This document shows positions 10,235 through 21,666 of a stretch of DNA of 32,324 bases, piece after piece. The DNA is from Octopus sinensis (taxonomy: Eukaryota), in assembly GCF_006345805.1 (NCBI RefSeq), contig NW_021832305.1:1-32324 (forward strand), read 5' to 3'. Every line of letters begins with the position of its first letter. Positions within the stretch are counted from its first letter, which is position 1. A program made the position numbers and the translations under genes. The notes under the pieces are model-generated. The model made no database searches, was not told the origin of the DNA, and saw only the letters and a program-made list of their open reading frames with translations.

Positions 10235-11266
10235 TCTTTACTCTTTACTTGTTTCAGTCCTTTGACTGCGGCCATGCTGGAGCACCGCCTTTAGTCGAGG
10301 CAAATCGACCCCGGGACTTATTCTTTGTAAGCCCAGTACTTATTCTATCAGTCTCTTTTGCCGAACCGCAAAGTGACGGGGACGTAAACACACCAGCATC
10401 GGTTGTCAAGCAATGCTAGGGGCGACAAACACAGACATACAAAAAATACCACACGCTTATATATATATATACATATATACGACGAGCTTCTTCAGTTTCA
10501 GTCTACCAAATCCACTCACAAGCATTGGTCGGCCCGGCGGCTATAGCAGGAAGACACTTCCAAGATGCCAAGCAGTGGGACTGAACCCGGAACCATGTGG
10601 TTGGTTAGCAAGCTACTACCACCACAGCCCACTCACGACGGGCTTCCTTCAGTTTCTGTCTACCAAATCCACTCACAAGGCATTGGCGGCCCGGGGCTAT
10701 AGCAGAAGACACTTGCCCAAGATGCCACGCAGTGGGACTGAAACCGGAACCATGTGGTTGGTTAGCAGCTACTTACCACACAGCCACTCACGACGGGCTT
10801 CCTTCAGTTTCTGTCTACCAAATCCACTCACAAGGCATTGGTCGGCCCGGGGCTATAGTAGAAGACACTTGCCCAAGATGCCACGCAGTGGGACTGAACC
10901 CGGAACCATGTGGTTGGTTAGCAAGCTACTTACCACACAGCCACTCACGACGGGCTTCCTTCAGTTTCTGTCTACCAAATCCACTCACAAGGCATTGGTC
11001 GGCCCGGGGCTATAGCAGAAGACACTTGCCCAAGATGCCACGCAGTGGGACTGAAACCGGAACCATGTGGTTGGTTAGCAAGCTACTTACCACACAGCCA
11101 CTCACGACGGGCTTCTTTCAGTTTCCGTGTACCAAATCCACTTACAAGGCATTGGTCGGCCCGGGGCTATAGCAGAAGACACTTGCCCAAGATGCCATGC
11201 AGTGGGACTGAACCGGAACCATGTGGTTGGTTAGCAAGCTACTTACCACACAGCCACTCCTGCGCC
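10232..11266 (-). mobile_element. SINE family A with its 5' half repeated five times in tandem
   Basis: 3' half at about 10232-10460; ~156-bp units begin at 10479, 10635, 10790, 10947 and 11104; the true head GGCGCAGGAGTGG is only at 11266. Confidence 0.9.
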
Positions 11267-11280
11267 TATCTATCTATCTA

Positions 11281-11326
<46 letters not shown>

Positions 11327-11439
11327 TATATATATATATATATATATATATCTATATATATATATATATATATCTAATATATATCTATATATATATATAT
11401 ATATATATATTATCAGATCTATATATCTATATAGATATA

Positions 11440-11512
<73 letters not shown>

Positions 11513-11599
11513 TATATATATGTATATGTATATATATATATGTATATATATATGTATATATATATATGTATATATATATGTAATATATAATATATTATA

Positions 11600-11632
<33 letters not shown>

Positions 11633-11686
11633 CATATATAATATATATATTATTATATTAATATATATTATATATATATATATATA
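11267..11686. repeat. (TA)n microsatellite
   Basis: Directly visible. Confidence 0.95.
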
Positions 11687-11805
11687 AATGATGAGCTTCC
11701 TATCAGTTTCGATCTATGAAATTCACTCCTCACAGGGCTATAATTGGAGGGACTTGTCCAAGGTGATGTGCAGTGGAATTGAACCCGGATCGTGTGGTGT
11801 TCGTT
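11687..11805 (-). mobile_element. Old, diverged SINE family A 5' half
   Basis: GAGCTTCCTATCAGTTTC...GTCCAAGGTGATGTGCAGTGGAATTGAACCCGG. Confidence 0.6.
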
Positions 11806-11944
11806 TCGTGCCGATATCGCCCATGCGTAACATAAAATTTATAAGTACAGCTAGCTGTCAATGGTGATTGAGTAGGGCTTGGTAACATGTACCACATTTT
11901 GAGAATTGATTGAGGTACATATGTTGTTGTGAGCAAACATAGAT

Positions 11945-12600
11945 ACCTTATCTCTCTCTTTCTCCATCTTTGTGTCTCTCTCGGTCTGTCTGTCTGTCTG
12001 TCTGTGTGTCTCTGTCTCTCTGTCTCTCTCTCTCTCTCTCTTCTTCTCAAAGCAGCTGTCTCGTTCTGGATGTGCTGCTGGGTGGGGTCAGGGAGAAACT
12101 TGCATCCCTGACCCAGAATGTCACAGCTGGGGTGAGAGAGAGAGAGGAAGGAGAGAAAGAGAGAGAGAGAGGAGGGGGAGAGAGAAAGAGAGAGAGAAAG
12201 AGGAGGGCGAGAAAGAGAGAGAGAGGAGGGAGAGAGAGAAATAGAGAGTGGAGGGAGAGAGAGAGGAGAGAGGGAGAAAGAGGAGGGAGAGAGAGAAAGA
12301 AAGTGACAGAGAGAGAGGGAGTGAGAAAGAGAGAGAGAGACAGGGTGAGAGATGGAAAGACAGAGGGGATGTGAGAAAGAGAGAGAGATACAAAGGGAGT
12401 GAGAAAGAGAGAGAGAGAGAGAAAGAGGGAGTAAGAAAGAGTGAGAGAGACGAATGTAGGTAGAGAGAGAGAGAGAGAGACAAAGGTCATGAGAAAGAGA
12501 AAGAGATGGAATGAGAAAGAGTGACAGAGAGGGGGAGAGAAAGAGAGAGAGAGAGAGGGTGTGACAGACAGACAGACAGATAGAGACAGAGAGGATGTGA
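11945..12600. repeat. (CT/CTGT)n tract, 77-bp imperfect palindrome, and a purine-rich (GA)n tract
   Basis: Pyrimidine tract 11945-12048, palindrome 12053-12129, GA tract 12133-12600. Confidence 0.85.
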
Positions 12601-12619
12601 GAGAAGTGTATCAGTGTCT

Positions 12620-12766
12620 GGTTGGTGCACTTATTTACAACTAAGGAAACTGGAGCAATATCAAATGAAGTGTCTTGCTTAAGGACTCAATGTGCTACTC
12701 AGACTAGGAATCGAACCTCTGCCATCATGATCATGAACTGAACCCCCTAACCACCAAACCACACTC
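12620..12766 (-). mobile_element. Diverged tRNA-derived SINE with a CORE-like segment
   Basis: A-box-like TGGTTTGGTGG and B-box GGTTCGATTCC, followed by GTCCTTAAGCAAGACACTTCA...GCTCCAG (CORE resemblance recalled, not searched). Confidence 0.6.
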
Positions 12767-12803
12767 ACACACCAAGTGGTCAATACCATATTTATTTTTG
12801 AAA

Positions 12804-14190
12804 AGGCGGCGACCTGGCAGAAACGTTAGCACTCCAGGCGAAATACTTTGCGGTATTTCGTCTACTGCCATGTTCTGAGTTCAAATTCCGCCAAGGTCGA
12901 ATTTACCTTTCATCATTTCGGGGTCGATTAAACAAGTATCAGTTACGCACCTGGGGTCGATGTAATCCGCTTAATTCATTTGTCTGTCCTTGTTTGTCCT
13001 CTCTGTGTTTAGCCCCCTGTGAGCAATAAAGAAATAAGAAATGTTAGCATGCCAGGCGAAATACTTTGCGGTATTTCGTCTACTGCTATGTTCTGAGTTC
13101 AAATTCCGCCGAGGTCAACTTTGCCTTTCATCCTTTTGGGGTTCGATTAAGTAAGTACCAGTTATGCACTGGGGTTGATATAATCGACTTAATCCCTTTG
13201 CCTGTCCTTGTTTGTCCCTCTATGTTTAGCCCCTTGTGGGCAATAAAGGAATAAGAAACGTTAGCATGCCGGGCGAAATACTTTGTGGTATTTCATCTGT
13301 CTTTACATTCTGAGTTCAAATTCCACCGAGGTTGAATTTACTTTTCATCCTTTCGGGATCGATTAAATAAGTACCAGTTATGCACTGGGGTCGATGTAAT
13401 TGACTTAATCCGTTTGTCTGTCCTTGTTTGTTCCCTCTATGTTTAGCCCCTTGTGGGCAGTAAAGAAATAGGTATTTTGTCTGTCTTCACATTCTAAGTT
13501 CAAATTCCGCCGAGGTTGAATTTACTTTTCATCCTTTCGGGATCGATTAAATAAGTACCAGTTATGCACTGGGGTCGATGTAATTGACTTAATCCGTTTG
13601 TCTGTCCTTGTTTGTTCCCTCTCTGTTTAGCCCCTTGTGGGCAGTAAAGAAATAGGTATTTTGTCTGTCTTCACATTCTGAGTTCAAATTCCGCCGAGGT
13701 TGAATTTACTTTTCATCCTTTCGGGATCGATTAAATAAGTACCAGTTATGCACTGGGGTCGATGTAATTGACTTAATCCGTTTGTCTGTCCTTGTTTGTC
13801 CCCTCTATGTTTAGCCCCTTGTGGGCAGTAAAGAAATAGGTATTTTGTCTGTCTTCACATTCTGAGTTCAAATTCCGCCGAGGTTGAATTTACTTTTCAT
13901 CCTTTCGGGATCGATTAAATAAGTACCAGTTATGCACTGGGGTCGATGTAATTGACTTAATCCGTTTGTCTGTCCTTGTTTGTTCCCTCTATGTTTAGCC
14001 CCTTGTGGGCAGTAAAGAAATAGGTATTTTGTCTGTCTTCACATTCTGAGTTCAAATTCCGCCAAAGTCGACTTTGCCTTTCATCCTCTCGGGTTTGATA
14101 AATCAAGTACTAGTTGCGTATTGGGGTCGATCTAATCGACTGGCCCCCTCCCTCAAAATTTCTGGCTGGTGCCTAGAGTAGAAAAGAATA
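12804..14190 (+). mobile_element. SINE family C concatemer, seven units
   Basis: Units start at 12804, 13037 and 13254 (217-bp period), then 13471, 13655, 13839 and 14023 (184-bp period); the last unit has the alternative tail ending TAGAAAAGAATA. Confidence 0.9.
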
Positions 14191-14262
14191 CTTGGAGAAT
14201 TTAAAGAAAACTCTGTGTGTGTATGCGTATACATGTGTGTGTGTACACACACACACACACAT

Positions 14263-14520
14263 AGGTCCAGGTGTAGCTGTGTGGCCAAGACGTTTGGTTC
14301 TCAAATAGGTTCTCACTTTGGGCTAATGTCTCCTACTATATCTTTGGGCTGATTAAAGGTCTGTGAGGGGATTTTGTAGACGGAAACTGAAAGAAGCCCT
14401 TGGAATTATCTACCTTTCTATCTGTCTATCTATCTATCTATCTATTTATATGTCTGTCTATCTATCTGTCTATCTATCTGTCTATCTATCTATCTGTCTG
14501 TCTATCTATCTATCTGTCTG

Positions 14521-14587
<67 letters not shown>

Positions 14588-14855
14588 GTTTGTCTGTCTA
14601 TATATGTATGTACACACTTAAATATCTCTGTGTTTTTGTATTTGTGCTCTGTTTGTTCCCCATCACTGCTTGACAACCAGTGTCGGTTTGTTTGCATCCC
14701 CCAAAACTTTCGCAATTCAGTTAAAGAAATAAGAACAAGAAACAGAACAAGCACCAGACTTTAGAACAAGTCCTGAGATCGATTTTTTTTCAACAAAAAC
14801 CCCCTCAGGGCAGTGCTGCAGCATGGCCAGAGTTCAATGACCAAAGCAAGTGATG
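14263..14855 (+). mobile_element. Old SINE family A copy with an internal (TCTA)n array
   Basis: GTAGACGGAAACTGAAAGAAGCCC, then (TCTA)n at about 14405-14600, then a decayed 3' half. Confidence 0.7.
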
Positions 14856-14984
14856 GTGATGGTGAGGATGTGGATAAAAAGGGCAAAGTTGACCTGGCAT
14901 GAATTGAACTCGGAAATATATTTGAATGTGGTAAGGGAGGTAACTAATCAAGACCCTACATTTTGTCAACTGATTTTAAAATGG

Positions 14985-15584
14985 GAAGCTGTCTGTCTGT
15001 GGCAGGTTTGGTAGCCTTCAACTAACTCTATCCCCTCCGAGACCCTGCAGCGCAAGTTCACCAAAATTGAAAGTATGATAGAAGAAGGCTTGCTCTTCAT
15101 TCTGTAGAAGAAAGATTCAAATTGGACCATGTTAACACCAAAAATTATTTACATCAAAATGGTGCTTTTTTTCTATAAAAATCCCTATTTTTTACTATAT
15201 ATAAAGCTGAAGCTGTCTGTCTATGGCAGGTTTAGTAGCCTTCAACTAACACTATCCCCTCCGAGACCCTGCGGCGCAAGTTGGCCAAAATTGAGAGTGT
15301 GATAGAAGAAGGCTTGCTCTTCATTCCGTAGAAGAAAAATTTCAAATTGGACCATGTTAACACCACAAATTATTTACATCAAAAAGGTGCTTTTTTTTCT
15401 ATGAAAAACCTTATTTTTAACGATGTTTTTGACTGCTGTGTGGCCATTTTTCGGTGTATTTCAACCAGAAAAAACGTTCACTTAAAGAGAATAACAAGCT
15501 ACATAATGCAAAATTTTTACATTTCAAAAATCCCAATACCAAAGGGTTGAAACAAACCCGAGCAACGCCGGGCAATACTCCTAA
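14985..15584 (+). mobile_element. Helitron: truncated copy (14985-15194) fused to a near-complete copy (15195-15584)
   Basis: CTATATATAAAGCTGAAG start; the hairpin CCCGAGCAACGCCGGG is followed by a CTAA|T end (CTRR). Confidence 0.8.
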
Positions 15585-15593
15585 TATAATATA

Positions 15594-16290
15594 TAATGAA
15601 ATTATTGTATACAGTGCTCAGGTGCACCACAACTTATCAAAAGTGCATATAAAGCATATGCAGTGATGTACAAATCTCTGGGAAGTGAACAATGTATGAG
15701 TCAGATACATGCTTGTGTGTGTATGGAGGGGAGAAAATCAGGTGTAGTGTTGGCGAATCTCAGGAAGCATGGAAGTTTTGAAGGATGCAGTGCTCCGACA
15801 ACTAACAATCGATACTGGCAGTTTGTTCCATGCTTCAGCAACTCTCAGCATGAAAAAACGTTTCTGAAAGTCATGGGAGCTGTGCTGTTTTCTGACTTTG
15901 TAAACATGTCCACGGGTGTTAGACAGGTGGAGTTTGAAAAGGTGCTCAGAGTTATTGTTAGTAAGATGATTAATAATTTTATGGGTGTCTGCATATGCAG
16001 TAATGTATGAATGTCTGGGAAGTGAACAGTGTATGAGTCAGGTACATGCTTGTGTGTGTATGGAAGGGAGGAAATCAGGTGTAGTGTTGGCAAATCTCAG
16101 GAAGCATGGAAGTTTTGAAGGATGCAGTGCTCAGACAACTAACAACCGATGCCAGCAGTTTGTTCCATGCTTCAGCAACTCTTAGTGTGAAAAAATGTTT
16201 CCGAAAGTCATGGGAGCTGTGCTGTTTTCTGACTTTGTAAATATGTCCACGGGTGTTAGACGGGTGGAGTTTGAAAAGGTGCTCAGAGTT
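15594..16290 (-). mobile_element. CR1-clade LINE 3' end, dimeric
   Basis: Reverse complement of 17117-17815; internal junction at 15990/15991. Confidence 0.85.
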
Positions 16291-16679
16291 TGGGGGTTAT
16301 ATATATATTTATATATATTGAGGTTATGAGAGGTAATGGTGTCAATAAGACCCAAAGGTGTCAGGTAATGCTGAGTAAGTGCTATGGACAGACTATAGTT
16401 AAGCTCCAGGTTCGGTGATTATGCGAATGAGGAGTCCAACATAGGTCATATATCACCATGCGTATATAGAAAAAAAAATTAACAGAATGAGATAAAAATC
16501 CAAGACTGTCAAAGATTTCAGAACATTCCAAAAATAGCCCTCGATTCTATGACACTGTTTACAAACTCTATGCTTGGAATGACCAATTTTAAATACTTTT
16601 GGAACTTACACACGAGTTCGGAAATCTTATATTTATACCATTCTGCCTAAATAATGGAACTGCTGATACATATCTGTGG

Positions 16680-17817
16680 CTTTATATAGCTATAGCTATG
16701 GTAAGGCTTCACCTGGAATTTGCATCACCGGTCTGGAACCCCTATCTTGCCCAGGATATCAATCGTCTGGAAGCCGTTCAGCGACATGCAACAAAAAGAA
16801 TACCCTCCATCAGGCATTTGCCATATTCTGAACGCCTTACTTCCCTGGGCATGGATACATTGAAACTCCGACGTCTGGCAGCTGACTTGGCAGACACCCA
16901 TAAAATTATCAACCATCGTACAAACAAACTCTGAGCACCTTTTCAAACTCCACCCGTCTAACACCCGTGGACATGTTTACAAAGTCAGAAAACAGCACAG
17001 CTCCCATGACTTTAGGAACTCCCCTCCATACACACGCAAGCATGTATCTGACTCATACACTGTTCGCTTTCCAGACATTTGTACATTAAGAAAAAGGAAT
17101 TATTTGGATAACTATCAGAACCTTTTCAAACTCCACCTGTCTAACACCCGTGGACATATTTACAAAGTCAGAAAACAGCACAGCTCCCATGATTTTAGGA
17201 AACATTTTTTCACAGTGAGAGTTGCTGAAGCATGGAACAAACTGCCGGCATCAGTTGTTAGTTGTCGGAGCACTGCATCCTTCAAAACTTCCATGCTTCC
17301 TGAGATTCGCCAACACTACACCTGATTTTCTCCCCTCCATACACATACAAGCATGTATCTGACTCATACATTGTTCACTTTCCAGACATTTGTACATTAC
17401 TGCATATGCAGACACCCATAAAATTATCAACCATCTTACCAACAATAACTCTGAGCACCTTTTCAAACTCCACCCGTCTAACACCCATGGACATATTTAC
17501 AAAGTCAGAAAACAGCACAGCTCCCATGACTTTAGGAAACATTTTTTCACGCTGAGAGTTGCTGAAGCATGGAACAAACTGCCGGCATCAGTTGTTAGTT
17601 GTCGGAGCCCTGCATCCTTCAAAACTTCCATGCTTCCTGAGATTCGCCAACACTACACCTGATTTTCTCCCCTCTATACACACACAAGCATGTATCTGAC
17701 TCATACACTGTTCACTTCCCAGACATTTGTACATTACTGCATATGCTTTATACGCACTTCCTGACAAGTTGTGGTGCACCTGAGCACTGTATACAATAAT
17801 TTCATTATTATTATTTA
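16680..17817 (+). mobile_element. CR1-clade LINE ORF2 C-terminus and 3'UTR, with the 3' end repeated three times and an (ATT)n tail
   Basis: Translations LHLEFASPVWNPYLAQDINRLEAVQRHATKRIP...LRRLAADL and RGHIYKVRKQHSSHDFRKHFFTLRVAEAWNKLP match CR1 ORF2 ends; the first unit has a frameshift and a deletion. Confidence 0.85.
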
Positions 17818-17928
17818 ATATCCCTTCATATCTCATGTCTATTTTCATTCCTCCACTTCCCTCTCTATTTCATTCTTCTCTAGAATAACCATTGCTTATG
17901 TCCGTGATATGCCTTAGTATATCACGGA

Positions 17929-18003
17929 TATACATTATCCAATGTGTCCTTCCTTTATTGGGAACGGTATGTAGACAACTTGGCTGCTAGTTCTAGCAAG
18001 TTG
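17929..18003. repeat. Family D fragment
   Basis: TACATTATCCAATGTGTCC...GGCTGCTAGTTCTAGC. Confidence 0.6.
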
Positions 18004-18329
18004 ATTAGTGTTGTAGAGGCTTGCTCCTGTTGCTGTTGTTGTTGTTATCCTTGTTACTGTTGTGATTGCTGTTGTTGTTGTTGTTGTTGTGTGCCAATTT
18101 CTTCTTAAGCAAACTTGCTACCCACCACAGGACCACCACCACCAACGTCGACAACCTTCTTCCCATCCTCCCCACCTCTCCTCCCCCTCCCCACCTCCAC
18201 CCCAACTCTCCTCCTTCTCCCCACCTCCGCCCACCTCTCCTCCTTCTCCCCACCTCCCCTTCATCAGCATCGTCATCGTCCCCACCACCATCACCGCCGC
18301 CATCATTAACACCGTTTTCTTGTCATCGT

Positions 18330-18453
18330 GGTCGTCGTCATCGTCATCATCATCATCATCACCATCATCATCATTCTCATTGAAACCATGTCATCGTCGT
18401 CATCACCATCATCATCATCATTCTCCATCATCATCATCATCATCATCATCATT

Positions 18454-18485
<32 letters not shown>

Positions 18486-18549
18486 TTCTCCATCATCGTC
18501 ATCATCATCATCATTCTCCATCATCATCATCACCATCATCATCATCATT

Positions 18550-18581
<32 letters not shown>

Positions 18582-18737
18582 TTCTCCATCATCGTCATCA
18601 TCATCATCATTCTCCATCATCATCATCACCATCATCATCATTCTCATTGAAACCATGTCATCGTCGTCATCACCATCATCATCATTATCACCATCTCCAT
18701 CATCATCCACATCATCATCACCATCATCATCATCATT

Positions 18738-18769
<32 letters not shown>

Positions 18770-18926
18770 TTCTCCTCATCGTCATATCATCATCATTCTC
18801 CATCATCTCATCATCACCATTCATCATCATTCTCATTGAAACCATGTCATCGTCGTCATCACCATCATCATCATTATCACCATCTCCATCATCATCACTA
18901 TCATCATCACCATCATCATCATCATT

Positions 18927-18958
<32 letters not shown>

Positions 18959-19125
18959 TTCTCCATCATCATCATCATCATCATCATTCTCCATCATCAT
19001 CATCATCATCATCACCTTCATCACCCTTCCATCTGTTTCTGTTGTTTTAACCACTTACTTTTAACATAAGCCACTGCAGTCCATTATCATTATTCTCATC
19101 ATCATCACCATCATCATCATCACCA
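18330..19125. repeat. (CAT)n microsatellite with higher-order cassettes
   Basis: CTCATTGAAACCATGTCATCGTCG at 18376, 18643 and 18832. Confidence 0.9.
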
Positions 19126-19171
19126 CTATAATTATTATTATTATTATATTATTATTATTGTTGTTGTTACT

Positions 19172-19395
19172 GAGATGGTGGAGCCAGCAGACTCGTTAGC
19201 TCACTCAACAAAAATCTTTTCAGGTATTTCATTCATCTTTACATTCCAAGGTCAAAGGCCGCTGAGGTTGACTTTGCCTTCCATCCTTTTGAGGTTTATA
19301 AAATGAATACCAGTTATGCGCTGGGGTCAGTGTAATCAACTAGTCCCTTTGCCACAAATTTCAGGCCTAACACCTTTAAGAGAAAGGGTTATCAT
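19172..19395 (+). mobile_element. Diverged SINE family C, alternative-tail type
   Basis: GAGGTTGACTTTGCCTTCCATCCTTTTG...AAATTTCAGGCC. Confidence 0.7.
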
Positions 19396-19413
19396 TATTA
19401 TTATTATTAATTA

Positions 19414-19824
19414 GGCGTGGGAGTGGCTGTGTGGTAAGTAGCTTGCTTACGAACCACATGGTTCCGGGTTCAGTCCCACTGCGTGGCACCTTGGGCAAGT
19501 GTCTTCTACTATAGCCTTGGGCCGACCAAAGCCTTATGAGTGGATTTGGTAGACGGAAACTGAAAGAAGCCTGTCGTATATATGTATATATATATATGTG
19601 TGTGTGTATATGTTTGTGTGTCTGTGTTTGTTCCCCCAACATCGCTTGACAACCGATGCTGGTGTGTTTACGTCCCCGTAACTTAGCGGTTCAGCAAAAG
19701 AGCCTGATAGAATAAGTACTAAGCTTGCAAAGAATAAGTCCTGGGGTCGATTTGCTTGATCAAAAGGCAGTGCTCCAGCATGGCCACAGTCAAATGACTG
19801 AAACAAGTAAAAGAGTAAAAAAGT
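19414..19824 (+). mobile_element. SINE family A, full length
   Basis: A-box TGGCTGTGTGG, B-box GGTTCAGTCCC, internal TA/TG microsatellite, and a 3' AAAAGAGTA repeat. Confidence 0.9.
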
Positions 19825-20458
19825 ATTATTATTATTATTATATTATTATTATATTATTATATTACTATTATTATTATTATTATTATATTATTATTATTAT
19901 TACTATTATTATTATTATATTATTATTATACTATTATATTATTATTATATTATTATTATTATTATTATTATTTTATTATTATTATTATATTATTATTATT
20001 ATTATTATATTATTATTATTATTATTATTACTATTATTATTATTATTATTATTATACTATTATTATTATTTTATTATTATTATTACTACTATTATTTTAT
20101 TATTATTATATTATTATTACTATTATTATATTATTATTTATTACTATTATTATTATTATTATTATTACTTATTATTATTATTATTACTATTATTTTATTA
20201 TTATTATTACTATTATTATTATATATTATTATTACTATTATATTATTATTATTATTACTATTATTATTATTATTATTACTATATTATTATTATTATTATT
20301 ACTATTATTATTATTATTATTATTACTATTATTATTATTATTATTATTATTATTACTTATTATTATTATTATTTTATTATTATTACTATTATTATTATTA
20401 TTATTATTACTATTATTATTATTATTATTACTATTATTATTATTACTATTATTATTAC

Positions 20459-20499
<41 letters not shown>

Positions 20500-20908
20500 T
20501 TACTATTATTATTATTATTATTACTATTATTATTATTATTATTGTTATTATTTTCTCCGCCTTAGCGAAGGCAGATGTATTGTTTTCAGTTGCATTTGTT
20601 TGTCCATGGACAAGATATCTCAAGAACTGCGGGATGGATTCGGATGAAATTTTCAGGGATGTTTGGCCTCATGACTGGCACGAACTGAGTAGATTTTGGG
20701 ATCGATCCAGTACCAGACAAGGATTCCGGATTATTTTTCCTGTTTCTTTACTAAATTTTTGAGAGCGGTCAGGTTCATTTTTCACCTTTCTCGTTTGTGG
20801 GAGCAGTCGAATTTATTTCAGATATTCTCATTTTAAAAATCATCTCTGGCTAATCGTTGAGAGGACATTGGTGTTGCCTTGATGGAAATTTGCACTCTCT
20901 GAGTGCTC

Positions 20909-20944
<36 letters not shown>

Positions 20945-21086
20945 TATTATTATTAATATTATTATTATTATTATTACTATTATTATTATTATTATTATTA
21001 CTATATTATTATTATTACTATTATTATTATTATTATTATTATTATATTATTATTATTACTATTATTATTATTATTTATTATTACTA

Positions 21087-21117
<31 letters not shown>

Positions 21118-21132
21118 TATTATTATTATTAC

Positions 21133-21165
<33 letters not shown>

Positions 21166-21260
21166 TACTACTATTATTATTACTATTATTATTATTATTA
21201 CTATTATTATCATTATTGTTATTATTATTACTATTACTATTATTATTATTATTATTATTC
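19825..21260. repeat. (ATT)n array, interrupted at 20551-20910
   Basis: Directly visible. Confidence 0.95.
20551..20910 (+). mobile_element. Helentron-associated (HINE/DINE-like) non-autonomous element
   Basis: 5' hairpin TCCGCCTT-AGCG-AAGGCAGA, 3' hairpin GCACTC-TCT-GAGTGC (20892-20906), T-rich insertion site, no TSD. Confidence 0.6.
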
Positions 21261-21512
21261 TATGTTTGACTTTCGCTTTACATTTGTACAAATTGGCTCC
21301 AAGTCTCACCCAGAGACCTCAAGAGATGAGTTGGAAGTTCATGTTGGTATTATGCCTAGGGTGCCATATATTTGGTTTTGTACTTAGTGTTGTACTAGTA
21401 AATGTCTAAAAAAAAACCATACGAAAATTATGTTTGTTTTAAAACCTGAGATTACCATAGAAAGTATTTTCCATAGGATAGGAGCAGTTCCCATGAGACT
21501 ACCTTTTGAATT
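21260..21512 (-). mobile_element. 3' fragment of an RLE-type non-LTR retrotransposon (R4/Dong-like) ending in (TAA)n
   Basis: Minus-strand translation SKGSLMGTAPILWKILSM resembles the QKxVLxGTAHILRKxL C-terminus of such elements; the 3'UTR runs into (TAA)n. Confidence 0.5.
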
Positions 21513-21552
21513 TATTATTATTGTTTTTGTTGTTGTTGTTGTTGTTATTCCA

Positions 21553-21666
21553 CAGAGGTTGACTTTGCCTTTCATCCTTTCGCGGTCAATAAAACAGGTA
21601 CTAGTTGAACACCGGGAGAATCGATGTAATTGACTTATCCTCCTCCTCCAAAATTGCTGGCCCTGT
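21553..21666 (+). mobile_element. SINE family C fragment
   Basis: GAGGTTGACTTTGCCTTTCATCCTTTCGCGGTCAAT. Confidence 0.7.

Larger units (their letters stand above)
8245..10460. repeat. Tandem duplication of a ~1.1-kb composite unit (microsatellite, SINE B, ribozyme-bearing segment, RTE-type tail remnant, SINE A 3' half)
   Basis: 8245-9352 and 9353-10460 are collinear; breakpoints lie in TA/CA microsatellites. Confidence 0.9.

Noticed and set aside
16599-17662. Protein-like ORFs as a possible host gene
   Set aside because: They are CR1 ORF2 C-terminal fragments, frameshifted, repeated and followed by a LINE tail
18062-19069. 335-aa poly-His/Ser/Ile ORF and overlapping ORFs
   Set aside because: (CAT)n lacks stops in the plus-strand frames; there is no domain-like sequence or splice support
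19725-21387. Long poly-Tyr/Ile/Leu ORFs
   Set aside because: (ATT)n artefact
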